Below the pieces are notes generated by a model. The model was not told the origin of the DNA, did not search any database, and was given only the letters and a program-made list of their open reading frames with translations. From a bacterium (GTDB taxonomy: Bacteria > Bdellovibrionota_B > Oligoflexia > Oligoflexales > RGVZ01): a DNA stretch of 46,475 nucleotides. Position 1 is the stretch's first letter; each line of letters begins with the position of its first letter. Location of the stretch: contig JBAXLR010000003.1 in NCBI GenBank assembly GCA_037134655.1, positions 1-46,475 on the forward strand, given 5' to 3'. The position numbers and the translations under genes are program-made. Below, in pieces: positions 42,830 to 46,475 of the stretch.

Positions 42830-43047
42830 GAAAAGAATATGACTTTTCAAAATCAAAGAAAAATCCCTACGCTAAAAAGCTAAAATCTCGGACGACCATT
42901 AGACTTGATATGGACGTGGTGAGTTACTTTCAAAAGCTTGCCGATAAAACGGGCGTACCCTATCAAACACTGATCAATCTTTACCTGAAAGATTGCATGG
43001 AAACTAAAAGAGCGCCTAGTTTCAAGTGGAAGCGCACGGGTGATTAA
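42826..43047 (+). CDS. brnA: BrnA antitoxin (identical duplicate)
   Basis: Peptide identical to 40000..40221. Convergent 4-nt overlap with the WYL gene stop. Confidence 0.85.
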   Translation: MRKEYDFSKSKKNPYAKKLKSRTTIRLDMDVVSYFQKLADKTGVPYQTLINLYLKDCMETKRAPSFKWKRTGD

Positions 43048-44081
43048 CCCGCCTTCTTTGGGTAACTAGACGTGATCTCTTGGGCAGCTTTGCATACGAG
43101 ATCTTGAAGTTTAGCCGGCCCAAGAACCTTGGCGTCACTGCTAAAGCCCAAGATCCAGCAGACAAGCTGCGGCGTGATGCCAACTTGTAGTTTAAGTTTC
43201 ACGCTACCATCAGTGTTACTTGTCAGAACTTGGCTTGGATGCCAGGTGCGCTCTTTGATGTACTGAGATCTTGAAGCTATAAACAAGATTTCCACAGGTT
43301 CGGTTTCGCTTGCACGCCAGACGCCAAAACTGGACTTAAAGTGCTCGTCAGGAGATGAGATTTTTCCGGTGTAGGCTCTGTCAATCATTTCGACCTTTGA
43401 CATGCGAGGAAGAGCAAAGGTTTTGATGGTTTGATCGGCAAGATCTTCTGCCACGAGATAAAGACTGCGCTCTCGAAAGTAAAGATAATGGGGGCCGAGC
43501 TCTCGCTCCCTGTCAGTCTGGGAGTTTGAGGATTTGTATTGAAGCCTTAGACACTGTCCTTCACCAATAGCTGCATGAATGGTGTCAACCACGTCTGGAT
43601 CAGAGTCGACTACTTGTGCGTCTGAAAGATCTACGTGCAGATCTTTTGAAAGTTCATCAAGAAGACTACGGTTACGAGAGCCGATAAGATCACTCACTTG
43701 TTCAAAGAAGTGATCAAGGCCAGCAAATAAAGGATTTTTGGAGAGGGCTTTAAACTGTGCTTTGGCCAAATAAAGACCTGCCAGTTGTCTTTGAGAGATT
43801 TTTAGTACGGCAGCCTGAGCTTGTCTCGCCACGCGTGGACTGATGTCCACTTTCCAGCGTACCCCTCCTTGGTCTGATTTTGATCCAGACTCGGCGAGAG
43901 GAATTCCTGCAGCTAGAAGACCTTCAATGTCCCGGTGAATGGTGCGTTTAGTGACCGAGTAGCCGCGGTCAGTCAGTTGATCGGTGATCTCGGCGGGAGA
44001 CAGTCCGCGTGTTCCGGCAGCTTGCAGCATCTGATGGATGACCAGCTGTCTTGATGATTGACTGTTGCGGCCTTTGGACAT
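43044..44081 (-). CDS. HTH + WYL-domain transcriptional regulator (YafY-like)
   Basis: ATG 44081. N-terminal wHTH (RQLVIHQMLQAAGTRGLSPAEITDQLTDRGYSVTKRTIHRDIEGLLAAGIPL). The central and C-terminal regions have WYL-type architecture (LRLQYKSSNSQTDRERELGPHYLYFRERSLYLVA...). Confidence 0.75.
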   Translation of the reverse strand: MSKGRNSQSSRQLVIHQMLQAAGTRGLSPAEITDQLTDRGYSVTKRTIHRDIEGLLAAGIPLAESGSKSDQGGVRWKVDISPRVARQAQAAVLKISQRQLAGLYLAKAQFKALSKNPLFAGLDHFFEQVSDLIGSRNRSLLDELSKDLHVDLSDAQVVDSDPDVVDTIHAAIGEGQCLRLQYKSSNSQTDRERELGPHYLYFRERSLYLVAEDLADQTIKTFALPRMSKVEMIDRAYTGKISSPDEHFKSSFGVWRASETEPVEILFIASRSQYIKERTWHPSQVLTSNTDGSVKLKLQVGITPQLVCWILGFSSDAKVLGPAKLQDLVCKAAQEITSSYPKKAG

Positions 44082-44290
44082 GATTGCGAACACTCTCCAC
44101 AATACAAACATACTAGGTGGGCGCAGAACGGCCTTTCGGGCAGCTGACGGCGCGTAGCTTTTTGAGGGATCGGAAGGGTGTGAAAAGGCTTTAGATAATC
44201 TAGCAAATAGAGGTCTAAATTATAATAATATCATTCTGTTATGATTTAAGCGAAACCCCTCAGTATATCTCGGATAAGGGGTCCTAGGAT

Positions 44291-45562
44291 TTACGATTTA
44301 GATGTCAGCTTCCAGTTGGCGTTAGTGACAATTCTGGCGCCGCGCCGCCACGTCATGTAAGCCAAAGCCCATTGAAGGATAACGAAGAGCCGGTTTTTAA
44401 ATCCGATCAAATAATAAATATGAACAAACACCCAGCCCCACCATGCCATTGGTCCAGCAAGCTTTAGACCTTTGTACTGTAAGATGGCCCTTCGTCTTCC
44501 GATCGTTGCCATCTGACCTTTGTCTAAAAATTTAAAAGGTAGAGAGTTACCACCACTCAGTAGTCTTATGATGTTGCGCGCAGCATGCCGACCCTGCTGC
44601 ATGGCGGCTGGCGCTTGTCCTGGCAAGGGGTATCCTTTTGCGTCGTCAAATCGCACTTGATCACCCACTGCAAAAATATTTGGGCTACCTGGCAACGAAA
44701 GATCTTTATTTACGATCACTCGCCCGACAGGATCAAGTGGTGCACCAAGTGTTTGATTGATGGCCGCTGGCTTCACACCGGCAGCCCAGATGACAGTGCT
44801 GGATTTAATCACTTCAGAGCCAAGGAATACCCCTTCCGAATTAATCTTGGTCACTCTTGTCGATGTCCAGACGGTGACTCCCAGTTTTTCAAGATCTCGC
44901 ATAGCACGTTTTGATAGGCTTTGATCAAACCCTGACAAAATTCTGTCTCCAGCCTCAATCAGAATAATACGAGTACTCGCTGGGTCAATGTTGTCAAAGT
45001 CTTTATCTAGAGTGAACCTAGTGATTTCACCAAGGGAGCCCGCGATTTCAACACCAGTCGCGCCGCCGCCTACAACGACAAACGTCAAAAAATCTTTTCG
45101 TTTAGCTGGATCTTTTTCGCGCTCAGCATATTCAAATGACAAAAGCACGCGCCGGCGAATTTCTGTTGCTTGCTCAAGTGTTTTCAGCCCAGGAGCGTAA
45201 TCCTCCCACTCGTCGTGACCAAAGTAGCTGTGGGAGGCGCCACAGGCGAGGATGAGATAATCAAATTTAACCTTACCAAAATCGCACTCAATTTCGTTAG
45301 CCTTGGCGTGTACAGATTTCACCTCGCCAAGAAGTACGGTCGTGTTCTTGAAGCCTGAAACCACCGAACGAATCGGAGTGGCAATATCAGCGGGCGATAA
45401 ACCCGCCATGGAGACCTGGTATAGTAGCGGCTGGAATAGATGATGATTACGCCGATCAATTAAGGTGATCTTCACACCTGGTGTGTGCGCTAGTATCTTG
45501 CAGGCTTCTAGACCTCCAAAACCACCGCCAACGATCACTATATGCTTTTCTTGACCAGACAT
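44291..45562 (-). CDS. ndh: type II NADH:quinone oxidoreductase (NDH-2)
   Basis: N-terminal dinucleotide fold HIVIVGGGFGGLE, second Rossmann motif FVVVGGGATGVE, and a C-terminal hydrophobic membrane-anchor segment. Confidence 0.9.
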   Translation of the reverse strand: MSGQEKHIVIVGGGFGGLEACKILAHTPGVKITLIDRRNHHLFQPLLYQVSMAGLSPADIATPIRSVVSGFKNTTVLLGEVKSVHAKANEIECDFGKVKFDYLILACGASHSYFGHDEWEDYAPGLKTLEQATEIRRRVLLSFEYAEREKDPAKRKDFLTFVVVGGGATGVEIAGSLGEITRFTLDKDFDNIDPASTRIILIEAGDRILSGFDQSLSKRAMRDLEKLGVTVWTSTRVTKINSEGVFLGSEVIKSSTVIWAAGVKPAAINQTLGAPLDPVGRVIVNKDLSLPGSPNIFAVGDQVRFDDAKGYPLPGQAPAAMQQGRHAARNIIRLLSGGNSLPFKFLDKGQMATIGRRRAILQYKGLKLAGPMAWWGWVFVHIYYLIGFKNRLFVILQWALAYMTWRRGARIVTNANWKLTSKS

Positions 45563-45657
45563 CTAAAGCGAGAAATCCTAACTAGAAGTAAGATCGACCG
45601 CTACATAGTATCACATTACAAAGCTCTTGGGTTAATATCAGCCCAAGAGCAATAATC

Positions 45658-46475
45658 CTATCGCCAAAAAGGAAACCAGCTTCGAGTTGAGGTGGATTGC
45701 TTGGGTGAGTTTGAAGAAGAGTTGTTTGAATTGGAATCAACGATGATCACAGACTTCTTTAGACCTTGCTTGTTAAGTCTACTGATATCGTTGACGTTAA
45801 CTCGGCTGTTAGGCCGACTTAGTTCATCGTACATTTTGGCTCTATCACGACCAGCTTGGAACGTAGCATCGACGTTCTTTGCAGGTGTCGCCCACCATGA
45901 TGGCGTCACCCAGTCAAAATATCCCAAATTAAAACCACTGCTGTTGACAATTGAGTTTGCTGCCGTATTTGAAGACCTTGGACGGACATTGCGCTTCACT
46001 TCCGAAAGGAATTCTTGGTCGTTTTCAATCTTTTGGGCGTAGTTGGCAAAGAGACCGTAGGTTTGGGGGAAGTCTTTTCTAAAGGTGTCGCGAGTACCGC
46101 CTGGCTGAGCGCTGCAGTAATAGGAATCAAAACTTTCTGCATAAACGAAGTGATCAAATAGCTTTCTTCCGCTGGCATTACCAGCTGACAGCAGACTGGC
46201 GTATGGATCAAGACTTACTTTTTCTCCTTTGGCGCGAGCTTCTTCAACTTCCTTGATGAACGCAGACGAGAGGTCAAACTTAAATTTTTGGAAGTTTTCC
46301 GTGCGGCGAACAAACTCTGCATATCCTGCTTTGGAGCGAGTCACAGGTACTTCACCGGCTGCGGCGATGACTTCAGATGTAGCACGCGCCAGCATTCTAA
46401 CCAGATGATGCTGGATGACTACAGGGTCAGCTTTAAGATAAATGGCAATGCGGCCTTCCGATGTATCCCAGCAAG
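45658..46475 (-). CDS. hypothetical protein (5-prime end probably beyond window edge)
   Basis: The track ORF starts at ATG 46395, but the frame stays open to the window end (...CWDTSEGRIAIYLKADPVVIQHHLVRMLARATS...). Asn/Ser-rich C-terminus. No motif recognised. Confidence 0.55.
   Translation of the reverse strand, partial: CWDTSEGRIAIYLKADPVVIQHHLVRMLARATSEVIAAAGEVPVTRSKAGYAEFVRRTENFQKFKFDLSSAFIKEVEEARAKGEKVSLDPYASLLSAGNASGRKLFDHFVYAESFDSYYCSAQPGGTRDTFRKDFPQTYGLFANYAQKIENDQEFLSEVKRNVRPRSSNTAANSIVNSSGFNLGYFDWVTPSWWATPAKNVDATFQAGRDRAKMYDELSRPNSRVNVNDISRLNKQGLKKSVIIVDSNSNNSSSNSPKQSTSTRSWFPFWR

Noticed and set aside
18600-43100. Integron-like cassette array, with the palindromic repeats acting as attC sites
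   Set aside because: TA-rich cassettes separated by imperfect palindromes suggested a chromosomal integron. However, I could not find the RYYYAAC / GTTRRRY core sites bracketing the repeats. The repeats occur in both orientations and at divergent promoters, genes are not co-oriented, and no intI gene is in the window.
1-46475. tRNA, rRNA, tmRNA or riboswitch genes
   Set aside because: I scanned the intergenic regions (notably 9514-9821, 19857-20241, 25804-26328 and 37042-37216) by eye for cloverleaf-like or known conserved motifs and found none. This is not a substitute for tRNAscan/Infernal.

Overview
Bacterial chromosomal window with many lipobox proteins, so probably Gram-negative. I recognised no rRNA, tRNA, transposase or integrase. 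Both edges look like core genome: 1-9.5 kb holds a beta-carbonic anhydrase overlapping a SulP/STAS transporter, a polyprenyl diphosphate synthase and an M16 peptidase, and 44.3-46.5 kb holds NDH-2. The ~34 kb between them looks accessory. It contains two paralogous XRE regulators, each divergent from a secreted lipoprotein gene; one of these is a 1073-aa repeat protein with a perfect 569-bp internal duplication. It also contains an FCY1-type cytosine deaminase and a very dense set of type II toxin-antitoxin modules: 2 HigBA, 4 BrnTA plus 1 decayed, RelE/XRE plus an orphan antitoxin with a toxin remnant, and a class II Fic with an upstream XRE gene and a striking operator-like box array. A compact CRISPR-Cas locus follows (cas6e-like, cas3, cas7-like, cas5-like, cas1, cas2, then 23 repeats and 22 spacers), then an HNH type IV-like restriction gene. 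Last is a partly duplicated HNH-BrnT-BrnA-WYL block bounded by 43-bp direct repeats. A short palindromic repeat family (core ACTCCGACGTCGGAGT) sits at many gene boundaries and coincides with a frameshift in both HNH gene copies. The best candidate for something undescribed is the CRISPR-Cas locus. Its Cas1, Cas2, Cas6 and repeat architecture look I-E-like, but it has only two effector genes between cas3 and cas1 and no room for Cas8e or Cas11. All family calls come from motif recognition by eye and reference sequences are quoted from memory; no database search was run.
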